Positions 1 to 13,570 of a DNA stretch of 64,000 nucleotides are shown piece by piece. Source of the DNA: Takakia lepidozioides (Eukaryota > Plantae > Bryophyta); the NCBI GenBank assembly GCA_030704615.1, contig CM060732.1, positions 23,312,001 through 23,376,000 of the forward strand, in the 5' to 3' direction. Below the pieces are notes generated by a model that worked only from the letters and a program-made list of their open reading frames with translations, did not search any database and was not told where the DNA came from. A program made the translations under genes and the position numbers. Positions within the stretch are counted from its first letter, which is position 1; each line of letters opens with the position of its first letter.

Positions 1-1137
1 TGATTGCGGCATGGATCTGTGCTGAGATTGACAACCAGAGCTCATGTATGTTGAAACCTCCATCTGAGCATCCAAAAGACAATTCAAGGTGCAACACCTA
101 TACAAGTAAAAATAGGTGAAAGGAAAAACTGCTCCTAACAAAGACCACTACTTTGCACGGATGTGTCCAGAGTCAGGTCCTTGTCGATGATGTTCTCAAC
201 TAAACTTTGTTGTTCTCAACTGAGTTCTACCTCTTTCAACTTGTACACTTGTAATTGCCATCCACACCAGAAGAACTCTACCAAATCAAACCTACATCAA
301 CAGATTGTGTTCCTATGGAAGACCATGAGCACGACCACAATTCCATAAATACTACTAGTATTGTTGGCATGAACTCGAACTCTATGCACAAATCATTGCT
401 CGAAGAGCATTCCTTAAAACAACACACCAAGAAAACTAGTGTTGAGTGCTTCGTGCATCTCAATCCCGAAGATGTCATCAACAAGGGCACACCACTCGAG
501 AGGAGTCACCAGAAATCTTCCTCTGGGCCGCCTTTAACTTATACATGAAATGGAAAGTATCTGTCAGCAGCTGCTTCTTGGGCAAATCCTCTTCTTGTGC
601 AAATCCTCCTAGGCTCTTCCCAATCCATGCCAGGCCGCCTCCCAAGGCACCTGCAGAGTAGTTTGAAGAGCATATGAGCTCAGTCCAGCTGCCCTCCTCC
701 TGAGTCCTCCGCCTTGGTGGGGCACTGCATACAGGTCAGTGGACACTTGGACGTTAGGCTTGTGTTGATTCAATTGGATGAGACATCAGCCCTGGCTTTT
801 TAGCCCAAAATAACCGTCTGGTAATATTTCGGCCACGGGATTACGTCCTTGGAGGTAATACCATGCTTTCACAGTAACTCCTGCCTGGTGCCTGTTAGGG
901 TTGGAAGATGTAGTACGAGGAATGTGTGCTGTTTGAGGGACAAGAATGTTGTGTGCAATCAAGCACTCGTGTGCAGAATGATGTTTAGAAGAGGCATGAG
1001 AAAGATATGGACGATTTGGGATTGAGAGTGAAGAGGTTGGATGCAGAGAATGTTGGGGGTAGTTGAATGCATCTTGGAAATCTGAGCCCTCGGAGCGGTA
1101 GCAGGTCTGTGAGGTAAGGAGGTGTCAAGGTGTGAAG

Positions 1138-4100
1138 ATGGGGGTCACTGTGGTGAACGGAGTGGAGAGCATGGCAGAGGAGCATTGGGCAAGAGTGGTG
1201 GTTCCCAACGTGTTGCATCTTGTGAGTGCGCACCTGTCACAGCGTGATGTGTGTGCCTTGCTGTGTGTGAGCGCCTCCTGTAATCATCTTCTCTCCTCCC
1301 ACACGCCTCTCTGGAAGGTACGTTCTTCGGAAGGCTTATCCCCTGTCCTGTCGGCGGAATGAAAAGTATAAAAGCTTGAATGTTGCTGTATTGGTGGTCT
1401 AAAGCTAGGAAGTAGCGTCCCAACGGTCTCTGCCACTACCTGCAGGATTTATTTCACGACGCTGCATTTCATGGCTGCTCATGATTCCTCCTGCGCATGG
1501 AGAAATTTATATGCTATGATTTCAAATTTAAAGCTCGGTGTTTTTAGCTCCCATCCCTGTCAAAGCGAATGCTACGAAATGACGATTTCTCGCATCCATG
1601 CTATCGATACCGAAGCTCAACCATAGTTGGTGACTGGATTTGTATCTTTGCAAGCAGGTTCTGGATTTGCAAGGTAGGACCAACGCAGGTGAACGGTTGG
1701 TGGCAGCTCTTTCACTGGTATGGCCCTATGTAAACGTGTCATTTCCATGCTCCACTGCAATGGCGCTGCACTATAAGAATCTCTCTTGGAGTTTTTGGAT
1801 TGACGGGGATCAGAAATACAAGGCCTTAAGGCAGTTAATTACCCTTGAGATGCAGCTCGACATCCACAGTCTGCCTTGGTTGGTATCCTGCGACTTACTA
1901 TCACTAATCTTCCCATCCCCTGAACTAGGAATATCACCCACATTGCATGGAAAACTGTCTTTTGATGATGCTATCTGGGAATTTCAGCCACGATACAAGA
2001 ATGTGGAGGAGATCAACCTTGAGTTTGTACAAGATCTTGCAGACGAACATTTGTCAGCCATAGTTTGCAAGGTATGGACACATGTTGGATGCTTGAATAA
2101 CCCTCTTGAGCATCTGAGCATGGGCTGTTGGGGAGTAGATAGTTCATTTGCATCTGCTGCACAGGTCTTTTGGACTGGCATGGTGACCGGGTCGTCAACT
2201 TCGCCAATGCACTGGAAAACAGATAGCTCTTTACCAATCATCACAATTTTGACTGTCCACCATGACTTTGTTTTGATTATTAATTTCAGGGAATTTGGTG
2301 TTCATAAGCAACGTACATTCGCATGTTTTCATATGATAATGTGTGGTCACATTTCTTACAATCTACCTGTACTGTGTGCAGGGCCTCCAACGCTTGAATC
2401 TCAATGCATGCCAGAAGATCACTGATGAAGGCGTCAAAGCTCTAGCTACTGCGAACCCTAATTTGAAGTCTTTTTCTATTTACTGGAATCTCAAGTATGT
2501 CGGTATCACAATTCTTTGCCTATCTTGTACTGTGTGAGCCTAGCAGTAGTTTTGTTTTCCTCTAGCATGGGTTCCCTAGGACCGTCTATTGGGATACTGT
2601 GGTTGCCATGGTTGATGATTTTTCTTGCTTACATTAGTCCTCTCTCTCTCACTCTCCCTCTCACTCTCACGCACACACACGATCCACCCAGAGTGGTCGC
2701 GGGGTCTATGGCCAAGGCTACGGCAAACATTCTCTCTTGCACACTCACATTTTTGCTGCACATTTCAAAGATCAGTTACCATCTCAATACGAAGGATTTA
2801 ATAAAATCATAGAGCAGACTTCACAAGTGTTGCTTGTGACAGACACAATCTGGGATTGGGCATGGCTAGGGTGACAGATGTTGGTATCGTGAATTTGGTC
2901 ATCTACTGCAAGCATCTTACTTGCTTGAATATCAGTGGGTGTAAGGTATGTATGAGCCCCCAGATGCCTCCCCCTGTCCATCTCCTGGCCCTGGTTTGGC
3001 AATTCTCCATCCATGGTCTGTCCTCAAGGATCCCAAGTGCTTAGCAGCTTACCTGCATGAGGCACTCTGCCTTCATGCACTGCTTGAGCTGAGTTATTCT
3101 TTGGTTTGTCTACTGCTTGTTCTCTGTGGTTCTGTATTGGTCTACTGTGCCCCTTGGCCCTCCAGCAGACATAAAAAGTTTCTTTCTTCCTGTCCTCTAT
3201 TTTCTCTCCCCCTTTCTCTCAATGAAGTTAGGCAGAAAACTTCGCTGAGCCTGTTTCCAGTCTGTGACATGGGTGAGGCCATCATGAATGACCTCAAGGT
3301 TTTACCCACTCTCGGCACTAGACCGAAACAAACTCAGGGCGGGTAGCCTACCTTTGAACAGCAAACAGACGCAGAGAGGAAAGGGGGATTGTAAGTGCCC
3401 GTTGTGTGGGCAACCTGAAGACAATATCCACTGCCTGCTTCATTGTCCTGGGTACTCTCACCAGAGAGACACCCTCTTCACTTCCATCAAGGGAATTGTT
3501 CCTGTAACTCTGTTTACCAAGTTTGAAAATCTCATGGCTGAGCCAAAAGCCCAGGCCCTTTTGGGGTCTAGTTATTGGGCAACCCTCACACAGCAGATTG
3601 ATGTTTGTGTAAAGGGATTTTCCTAGAGGATATCTGGAAAACTCAGATCAATTGCAAGTTTCAAGGTAAGTCATACTACCGGCGTCAGCCCTTGACAAAG
3701 GTAGTTCTGTCCCTTTGTGTTCCTATGGGAAGCAGCACTTTTGCAGGGACTGTTCTATGGAACATGTGACATCTCTCTACCTTAAAACTGCTTCTGTACT
3801 GCAATTGGATGGGATACAACTAGCGTGAGGAACAGATATAAGGAGTTTGAGCACTTCATACTGATCTCAACTAAATGTTTGCATCTTTAACTGACACTTC
3901 TTTGTACATGATTGTGACGTTTGGTTGGGTGTATCCAGAACGTGGGAGATGCGAGCCTCATATGTTTAGCCAAACATTGCTCAAGCATTCAGCTCCTTAA
4001 TTTGACAAGGTATGTTCTTGCGTATGCTTGCTCTGACTAGCTTTGGCACTTCATCCTTCTCAAGGATGGCATGGGTACTCAGCATAGCTTTGGTTGCACC

Positions 4101-7100
4101 AAGCTGTGAACCCTAGGAGTTTCACTTAGTGATTTTTTTTCCCCATGGTAGGCAACTGTCAACATTTGTGAGGGGAAGATAACACTCATTGTCCATTCCT
4201 GCAAATGCTGGCTATTGTGTACAATTGAGGGCATATTGACCCTTCTGCCAGTTGCAGGATGTCGATGGACTGGGGTATATGAGAACTCAACCCTTAGTGA
4301 TGAGCTTAGCCCACTACCACTTAGTTTCAGGGAATTGAGTATTATCTGTTGTCTACTCTGGATTGACTTTCAGGATGAGACTACGCATTTTATTCCAGTA
4401 CTCTGTACCCATGTAGCTGGAAACAGATGTGACGAATGGTTGCACCTGTGAAATAGGGAGGGAGGTTTTGCTAATCATTGATCAGGTTTGGATTTTGGGG
4501 AACAGGTGTGTGAGACTCACAGACCTTGGGCTACTAAAGCTGGTGGATGCTTGTGGGCATCTTGAAGAGCTCTACCTCTATGCTGTCCCCAGGTGTGTCC
4601 TCATTGCCTTGTACAACTTCGATGAACTTACTCCTTGGTCTTCTTTGGTGTCTATAAGTCATACACTGAGGGTCTAAGAGATATATATCCTTGCCCTCAA
4701 TGTGTCAACCCTTTCTAGGGGGTTGGTAAGTCCGATGTGGTGGGTTCCAAAATCTTTTGGAAGGGGAAATAACCTCTCTTCTTGCTACTTGGAACATATT
4801 AACGATTCCTCCTTCATCATGGTTGATTGTTTCTAAGGTGGGTTGGGGTTGTGCAGTTTTACAGACAGGTCATACAAAATGTTCCACAACCTGCACAAGC
4901 TACAACTTCTTGACCTTTGTGGGGCCCAGGTAAACTTCATCGCTGAACTGTACACCTGAAGCTCCCAACGTCACTTCTGTCCTCCTAATAAATTCCCATG
5001 TTTCCAACCTGGTAGTGAGGCTCTGCTGGGGTGCTTGCAGAGGCTGGAATACGGTAAGGCGAAGTGCAACTGGCAGATGCAGTGATATATGTTCGGAGCC
5101 TTGAATCCAATTACTGGGTGTTATGGAGACACTTATGGTCTTAAAGATAGGACTTACCTGATGAGGTATTGCTGACAGAAATGTGTTGCAATCTTCGACA
5201 GAATCTGACAGATGCTGGGTTAGCATCAATTGCCAAATGCAAGAATCTTGTATCTCTCAACTTGACATGGTCAGTATCCTCGTGCTGAAATTTCTGTCTC
5301 AAAAGTCACCATGAGCACTTGTGGAGAATGACCTAACATCCTGGTTACACTTTTATGGATCACTTGGTTTGACATCAGATTTGACTCCCTGTTCCTTTAC
5401 GTGACACTAGACAACATATTTGTCCTGTCATTCCAGTCATGACACAGGTGGATGCAAGTAGAAAGTTGCACCTATGAGGTATAGGATGGTGGGGTACCCA
5501 CGGTGATCGATTGGTGATCGATCCTGCCATTTCCATCGCTTTTTTGGATTGTGTCACTGACTCTTTATGTTCCATTCCACTGGGATTTAAATTCCATGCA
5601 GATATTCACTTGCAACAGGTGAGGAGGACTAAGGCATGGTTGTGTCGGGGACAGGTGTGTTGGCATAACAGATATTGGACTTAAGGCCCTTGCACAGCAC
5701 TGCTCACTCCTCCAGCTTTTGAGGTACCCCTGCTGCTCTTTCTTATCATTGGTCCGTAATCAAGGAGAGGGACACCTTGTGTGTTGTTGATGAAACGGGG
5801 GTTCTTTAGAAAAGCCAAACTAGTCACATTGCGGAATCTGGGTTACTCCATGAAATTCATGGCGTGTAAGCCGGTATACCTTCTTGTCCTACAACTTTGT
5901 TAGTTCTTTGTGGGAAGGATGTGAATGTGTCTCATAATGAGTTGAAGCGCAGGATTCTTTAAATCTATTTGACTTTTTCGTAGCTTGACGGGTTGCCTAG
6001 TACATTAGTGTGCCAAATGTTATTGGTATTCCAGTGAGGAAGGGCAGGAACCTCTTTCCATGTGCAAGGGTTAGATCGGATCTTGACATCAGACAAGCTC
6101 AGAGGTGATTCAGGGGACTCCAAACGGTCTTTCCACGCGTCCGACCTGGTCCAGAGCAGGCTTGCACAGGATTCCACAAAAAGTGGATGCTGGGGCAAGA
6201 GCAGCTCTTGGACTCAAGGGCACATACTGTGTACAAGACATATTTACCTGTACAGCTGCCTCTCCTCAGCTGGCAGGGGTTTCTCATGCCTGACCCACCA
6301 GCACATCAGGCTAGAGAGGTTGCAGGCAAGGGTTGGTCTGGCCCTGGCGTCAGGCACAGATTAAGACTTGATATAGAAAGAGCCCTAACCACCACTGCTT
6401 AGCACCCGCTAGGTGTCTGTTACAGAGGTGATTTAATTGCAGTAAAGTAACAAAGCTGAGAGTTGTTTGTCATCTTCATCTGACTTTGTGTACATTTTGT
6501 GTGGGTCTTTGACAGCTTGCATGGTATACTTGGAGTTAGTGATGAAGGGTTGGAGAGTTTGGCAGGTTGCTGTGGAAAGTCACTCACCACAGTTGATGTG
6601 AATGGATGCGTCAATATTAAGGTTAGTGTCCTCTTGGTCGTAAAGAGTTACTGATGTGGGCTCTATACCATTCCGGATAGGTGCCAATATTCATTCTACT
6701 TGACTAATGTAAAGGATGTGAAAGAGACTGTAGCACAATGTAGGATGAGGTTTGCATCTTTTGGTAGGTAGGTATTTCCACATAAGGCACAAGTCAGTCC
6801 ATACGAACAGAGTTGTGTGCGTTTTAGGGAACATGCCAAAATTTTCACCTCATACTCGGAGCAAGTGTGATTAATCGTTGGAGGCCCCGATCAACATTGT
6901 AGGTAGTATCAGTGTGAAAAGAGGTATATACAACTGTCTGTGGAGTAGGCGTTGTGCATTTCAGTTGTATTGAATATGTACTAAAAGTATGGGTAGGTAG
7001 CTTAAACATAGAGTTACATTCTGTTATCCCCTTCGATGATAGTGTATCAAGTATCAACTCATTTATGACACTCTTTTTCGGTTTTTTTATTATCTTTGGT

Positions 7101-7682
7101 AAGACAAATGCACCTATCATCTTTGAAAGCATCTCACCGACCTTCATGTTGTGAGTTAGTCAAATTTGTCAAATTTTGAAGATCATCAGCGAAGTATGTA
7201 AAAGTAAACTTCGTTTATGGACCTAGGTGCTATTACCATCACAACTTCGTCCAGAACTGCTAGTGTGGCTATCAGATTGCATCTCACAAGCCCTCTTGAT
7301 TGCAAGAACTGAGGTGTGGTACCAGTTGGAATGGAGTAGACAAATCCTTGAAGACACTGTCCCTTGGCCAAAAAAGTGTGGATGCGGTTTGCACATCCGT
7401 GAATATCTCTAGGGCACACCCCTAAGAGAAGACCATCGAAAAGATGAAGGCCAAGGGCTTTCCTAGGTTGTGCAGTTTCCTGCACAGTTAGTTAATTTGG
7501 AAATGGATCTGGTTAGTGTTGTTCTTCTTTTATCAACAGGAGAAAGAAAATACAATCCAATTCTAGATAGGGGATTAGTGACTAGGCTCGGTGACAAGAG
7601 TGGTGTTGAATTGCAGCGGCGTTCAAAGGAAGATCTGCTACGGTTGTTTCCTAATTTGACGACCTTTCAAGTGCACAGCTGA
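1138..7682 (+). CDS. F-box/LRR-repeat protein (At3g58530-like), 12 exons, 350 aa
   Basis: Hand-built GT-AG exons: 1138-1317, 1658-1717, 1988-2071, 2382-2494, 2870-2945, 3939-4009, 4506-4592, 4857-4929, 5202-5269, 5655-5723, 6516-6621, 7617-7682 (1053 nt, open frame). N-terminal F-box-like segment, LRRs such as LNLNACQKITDEG, FSIYWNLKVTD, LNLTRCVRLTD and LDLCGAQNLTD, and C-terminus RRSKEDLLRLFPNLTTFQVHS as in the plant family. The start could instead be the ATG at 1171. Confidence 0.92.
3290..3660 (+). mobile_element. LINE 3' remnant (C-terminal zinc finger) in intron 5 of the F-box gene
   Basis: ORF 3288-3626 contains CPLCGQPEDNIHCLLHCPGY, the CX2C..E..H...C zinc finger typical of LINE ORF2 C-termini. 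Confidence 0.65.
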
Positions 7683-10178
7683 GGGCTGCCTCCAATAAGA
7701 AAGGACTGGGTCAGGATCCCGCGATATAGAAATGAAACTCTTTTTGTTCTACATCCACATGTCGCAACTCAGTCAGCAGTTCCCAAGCTGTCATTGTAAC
7801 TCTCACGGTAGTGAATTCGGATTGAGCAGCAGAGTATAGTACTGAGTTCTGGCAGCAGCAGTAAATCTGAAAACACACTTTCTCACAGTGCCTGCGCTCT
7901 ACCAAATAGACCTTCCCCTGAATCTCTTACATGATACATAAATTGAATCCTTTGTTGTCTCGAAGTGTACTGGTGCTGGTTGTTGAAGGCAGAGGCTGGG
8001 TGGGTAAAAATCAGGTTATGTCAGTCTTGTGCTCTACAACAACTAATTTTACATTCTTTAATTGAAATTGTTACCATATGTATACTGTATATAAGTTAAT
8101 GTTGTGTAATGTTTTCAGATTAAAATATGGAGATTAAGATGGAGAAACAGAGAAAAGTCTTTTAAAAGAAACAGAGGGAAGAACTTGGTCTGGCTTGACC
8201 ACATCTCGCCGGGAAAAGTTTTTAGTAAAATAAGTTTCTCACATGTGTGCATCATGTGAATACTGGGGGAGTTGGTTGTAAGCCCAAGTAGAGATACATA
8301 ACCGGTTTTTGGAAACTTGTCGAGTATGTGTCTACTAACTACTGTCTCACTGGACGCTGGTTACAGGCGGTAACCTGCGACCCTCAAAAGATTTTATTGA
8401 TTACCTACCTACCTACCTACAAGGTAGCAAGCCACCATCCCATTGGATGGTGGAATGGATAACCTGGCTGCGCATGGATGTAAAGTATCGATAACCTGGT
8501 TGCACATGATAACCTGGCTGCACATGGATGGTTCTGTCCGATAACCGGCTTGAGGCCACGGGTTATCGCATGTAGCTGAGGCGCGGTTACCTAGTCCATA
8601 GATAGTTCGAACCTTCACCTCCATGAACCCGGTACATTGTAGTAGGGTAGATAGAGGAGGGTAGATCTTCCATTGATTACCCTTTTTTTGTACATGTAAA
8701 TTTTTTACCAAGGTTGGAGGGTAGATAGGGGAGGGTAGGTGTCAATAGGACTGGTATATTTTGACTAAGAAACCAACTGCCCCCCTTGGAATGAAATTGG
8801 GTCCATTTCACTACAAAGCTAGTCAACTATCTAGTGAAAAAACTTGGATGTTGTAGTAGTGGGCCTCATTCATTGTAGTGTTATGTATCCAGAAGTTGCA
8901 GCTATCAAGCTCTCTTTGAACAGATAGATACATTACCAGAGATTCGACCACCATGCAGGCCAAGTTCATAAATTCAGATTAGTCACATCAAGGATTTTGT
9001 CAACAACATCTGATAAGAGGCATCCATTGGCAAGTTCGCCACTTACAGTGATGTTCAATGTGCATGAGGCACAATGCTTGAATTGTGATAGACCATATAG
9101 ACGTACCTAGCCTCTATGAGTTCAAGTCAACACTACTGGATCTCCTACTTGGAACCACAAGTATCAAGCTCTTTCCTCAAACGCATGGAGTAGGGGGAGT
9201 CTATTTGGACTGGACTAACAATTCTGATACAATCTAGGCTAAGCTGCAATATGCAGCTACATGATGTATACATGTAGATCTATGTTTTCTTGGCCTCTCG
9301 CCTTCTGCACCATGCTGCCCCCTTGCTCCTTGCTCCATTAAACATTTCCTCCATTTCACTTCCATATTGAATCTTGGGGTTTGCAAATGTAAGCTTGCAG
9401 CAAATTTGCTGGTTGTTCTAGGATTGAAGATTTCCAGGGACTCAATAGCTATAGTATATCAGTGGCTAGTCAGCACAATATAGTAGCATCAATGTTCACA
9501 TTGTAGCTTCGAATTTAGGTGTGAAGGCCATTTCTATTGGAGATAGCTTCAATACACTGTAACAACAACCAAGTTTTGACTCACTTGGTACACGCATCCA
9601 TAATACACACAGCTCATATGCACAAGGCTTCTTTGCATTAATGGAAATTAGGAACGACGTCCTCAGAATCCTAAGGCTAGGACAGGCTAACATTCCCTGT
9701 CAGGCTAGAGAGGTACTTCTTGCTCTCCTCTCAGGCGACAACAGAGTACTAGCTCACATAGTAAGATGAGAGTACTGTTCCCCCATATGTACTTCCTGCT
9801 CGTTGGGCGGGAAGGTGATTACATGATTAGAGATTATGCTGAGGTCTTCGTTTTGAACTAGCAAGCTGGCCCATCGACGTGGAACACTAGGGGCATGGCA
9901 CTCTACCTCGGCAATGATAGTTTACTTCTTACAATTTCCAGCGGTGAGCAAGCTTGCCGACGTCCACCAAAGCGGCTTGGAATTTTCACAGGCTGGTTTC
10001 TATGTTTCTATGCCCTTCCAGTACTTACATATTCTTGAAGACAAATAAAAAAAAGGAGGTTTTAAGTCGCCTATAACCCAGCTCCGATTTCAACCCCTCC
10101 TTGGAGTTAGTATCTGATTTGGGACCTAAACCAGGTGTACCGAATGGTGGGCGTACAATCACAACATCATGACTGCCT

Positions 10179-11539
10179 TCAGGCGCCCGTCAGAGGGGTC
10201 AACTCCTCCTTGCAATCAGTATCTGCTTTTAGGCTTAAACAAGGTGTGACGGAAGCTGGGGGTACAATTAGAACACTATGACTGCCTTCAGGCGCCATTG
10301 GAGAGCTGGCCGGGGTGTTTACATTAGTGAACCCAGAGTGTGACTTTGTCCACCGGATTAATTCTATAAAGCCACAGAAGGAAACAACTATCGATACGCC
10401 AGAAGACCAAATGCATGCCACAACAATCGCTGCTACCACTATTCCAGCCAAGCTGTCCATCCCCGCTCCCGTGTCATCGTCCACGGACACTAGATATATT
10501 GCCATGAGTACAATGACTCCAAGTTGCCCGAAAACTGGTTGATACCTCCAGTCATCAGATAATTTTGATTGATCTGCAAGTTCTAGCAGCTTCTTACGTC
10601 ATCTGAAATTTTACTCAGCAGCTCCTTATTTGAGTCATCTGATGAATTGCTGAACGAATCATGCGTTGACAATGGGACAGCAGTATTATCTACTCCATCG
10701 CGAGCTTTCAAGAAGTTAGCGACTTGGTGAAGGAATAAGGCAATCATTGCGATAAGTGTCAAGTACGTGTATATTACCCCTGCGTTGAAGAAGAGCAGGG
10801 ATCGCCATCCGAAGAATTTACTATGGCCAACAGATTCCATCATGGAGGACCCAGCCACAACAAGGAGGATGAGGTGTATTCCGTGGGTGATGTGCTCATG
10901 AGCATACCCACTCCAGTATATATCCCTGAGCTTAATCGAGCCTCGTACAATCCATGTGCTAATGATGCATGCAGCGGTCACGACGAGCACCTGAACGATT
11001 GCAAGGGCCGCCACACCGTATCAAGGCCGATGCCCAAAACTTTCGTGTAGAGCCTGCACAACTGCAGCGAGTCAAACATATTATATCTTAGAAAACGTAG
11101 TCTGACATGGAGAAATTGTAACATGTCAAGAGGATCATCGTGATCGGGTTGGGCCCTTTACCTGTATGCGTTTGTAAATCAGTGTACTCGCAGTTGACTG
11201 GGCAAGTGAGTCGCTTATTGTCGATTCGCCAAAATTCCAGTGCCTAAAGTAGGGCGTATAATTCTTGTCAACCAGACCAATATCAAAGTAAGGCCTCACA
11301 ACCAGAGAGGTTTCGCCTTCATTGTATCTGAAGTTGCTGAGGTTTTGTCTCGGATGGGCGTCTTCAGAGAAGTACACAAATTTGACATAAGATAAATTTT
11401 CTGGCCAAAGTGCAAACCTTTGAGGCACTGTAACGTCTCTAAAGTCAGTGGCCGGGTACTTGTCGGCCCATATTTCACTTTGAATAACAAGTCTGTACTT
11501 TGGCCAATTGGCCAAATGTCTCCAAAGTCTTCTGTGCAT
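10179..11539 (-). pseudogene. Disrupted spliced gene for an unidentified multipass membrane protein
   Basis: A phase-0 GT-AG intron at 11161-11054 joins ORF 11135-11539 (..YKRIQ) to the frame of ORF 10583-11014 (ALHESFGHRP*YGVAALAIVQ..), with one in-frame TGA at 11023-11021. A frameshift near 10595 continues into hydrophobic ORF 10179-10505. Several predicted TM stretches. Confidence 0.45.
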
Positions 11540-13159
11540 AACACATGGTGAATTTTTCCTACTTTTAAAGTAAGTTTAAAGAGTGATGCACAGTTCTGAA
11601 AAAAGATGCTAGTGAAGGAATTTTTTTTAAATAACTCAACAATCCCCTGTTGAGGGCGAGGAGTCGGATGTTCATTTGGAGACACAAGCGTAGCTTTAGG
11701 AAAGGGAAATCTAAAACGCAGCTCTCCTTTGATACCTCTAAGCGGAAGAGGGGTGGCTTGTAATATTTCCGTTCTCTTCTTTTGAACATTCTTCCCCTTC
11801 TGTTGAAGAGGTTCGCTGGTCTGTGCTCTCTTGCTATAGATCTCCTGTTCTTTGCGCAAATCCTGCATAGAAGGCGGCCTGCTACCTGCCTTCTACTCGC
11901 TTCTTGTAGATTCCATTCTGCAGAAGGTCTCTTCTAGTTCCTTGGGTTATTGGGCGGTGCCCCCTTTTTCATCCTTTATGGTATGTTCTCCAGGTTATTT
12001 TTTCCTCGCCCCCCTGTTCACTTAAATTTATTTATTTTAAGATAAAAAAACTAACTAAGGCTGGTGTGAACTGGTCAACAAAAGGGGAGAAGATGACAAA
12101 GTATTTCCTTAACAAATGCATGGTTACATGCTAGCCCCGCCCTCGCATAGTTCGCATAGTTATGAATTGGTTGTGAAATGATTGACAAAATAATTCGAGA
12201 GATTAAATGCTCCATAGGGCCCAAATGCAAAAATTATGAAACCGCCTCGATGAGGATTTTCTAGCAGTATCAAGACCAAGACCGCGGAGGGAGGCCTTAT
12301 GGTTTGGGAGATCTCAACGACGCTAACAAAACCAACAAACTGCCTCACTTAATATATTGATATTATCTAATTGAAGTTATAAATTATTGGAGATTCTTTG
12401 AATGTAAGATGACAAAAATGGAAAATGGAAATGGTGATTTGTCGTGAATGATTTTATATATTTATTAGATTCATTGTTGGTTTATGAAGGTTGATATTAA
12501 TATATCCTGTAAAATTGTTGGGCGAAATCTTGGTGCTTTATTGTATAAAAAATAATAATAATCTAAAATATTATGAAAAAAAGTTAAAAAAAAATTCTGA
12601 GTTATGTCCACCTGCTATAAGAACATTCTTACTTCAGTCACTGCTAATTAAAGCTAATTGAGCAAAATTAGCTGAGATAACTATAGCATAATTGGATGCT
12701 CAACTTAATTATCTTCGGTTGCTATTTTGGTACTTTCACTTGAATCATTGCTACTTAAAACTAACTTAAGCCAATTGAGCAAAATTAGCTCAAATAAAAA
12801 CTTGGGCATAATATCTCATTGAATAATCAGCCACGTAAGGATCATTTGACTTCAGATCCATTAAATGTTGACGTTGCCAAAATGTTAATGAACACATTTT
12901 ATTTTCTAAAATACAATTATATTGAAAAACTAAAAGACTATTTATTTCGTTACATATAAAATATTTTTGAGAAACTAACACAATGTTTATGATTCATTAT
13001 TAAAACCATGGTTTATGTATAATTACATTATTATAATATTAATAATGTTCTATCAGACAAATCGCAGCTCAAAAATTGATAAAAAAAATTTAATATGTAA
13101 TCATTGATGAGCTGATGAAGCTTTTGCTTTGTCACTACTGCAAATACCAAGTGACCCTT

Positions 13160-13232
13160 GCTGATAGCCAATTGCTTATAGCTGATGGCAAATTGTTTAT
13201 GGCTGATGATAAATTGCTTATGGCTGATGGCA
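13160..13232. repeat. 21-bp tandem repeat (~3.5 copies) in an AT-rich block
   Basis: Units approximating gctgatggcaaattgcttatg, within the AT-rich segment ~12340-13450. Confidence 0.7.
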
Positions 13233-13570
13233 TAAAGTTGAACTTAGATCAATCAAGTTAGTCAAGAAGCACTTTGGATCAACACTAAAACAATTAAGGA
13301 CTACATTATTAGCAAGGAACTGGTGTAGACTAATTGATTAAACTCCCTTATAAGATAAGCATGTTCGTATGTCTCTTTGTTTTTTTTTTCTTTGCTTCTT
13401 TATTGGGTTTTGGGTCAAACATATGAAAAGAAACCCTAACAAAAGAACAAAATTCTTTACAAATGGTGCACTGATACATCAATAAGCAATTGCAGCTGAA
13501 CCAGGTACCAGAGCAATGCTCTACAGGGCAAGAGGACCCAACAATATATCAAGGACTAAGGCCAACATAC

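Noticed and set aside
1-730. Possible minus-strand gene remnant at the window start
   Set aside because: Stops in all frames and no recognisable protein.
1640-2425. 261-aa ORF as a standalone gene
   Set aside because: Read-through of exons 2-3 and introns of the F-box gene.
6845-7460. Possible LINE zinc-finger remnant in F-box intron 11 (HCPLAKKVW)
   Set aside because: A single short motif with broken context; too weak to call.
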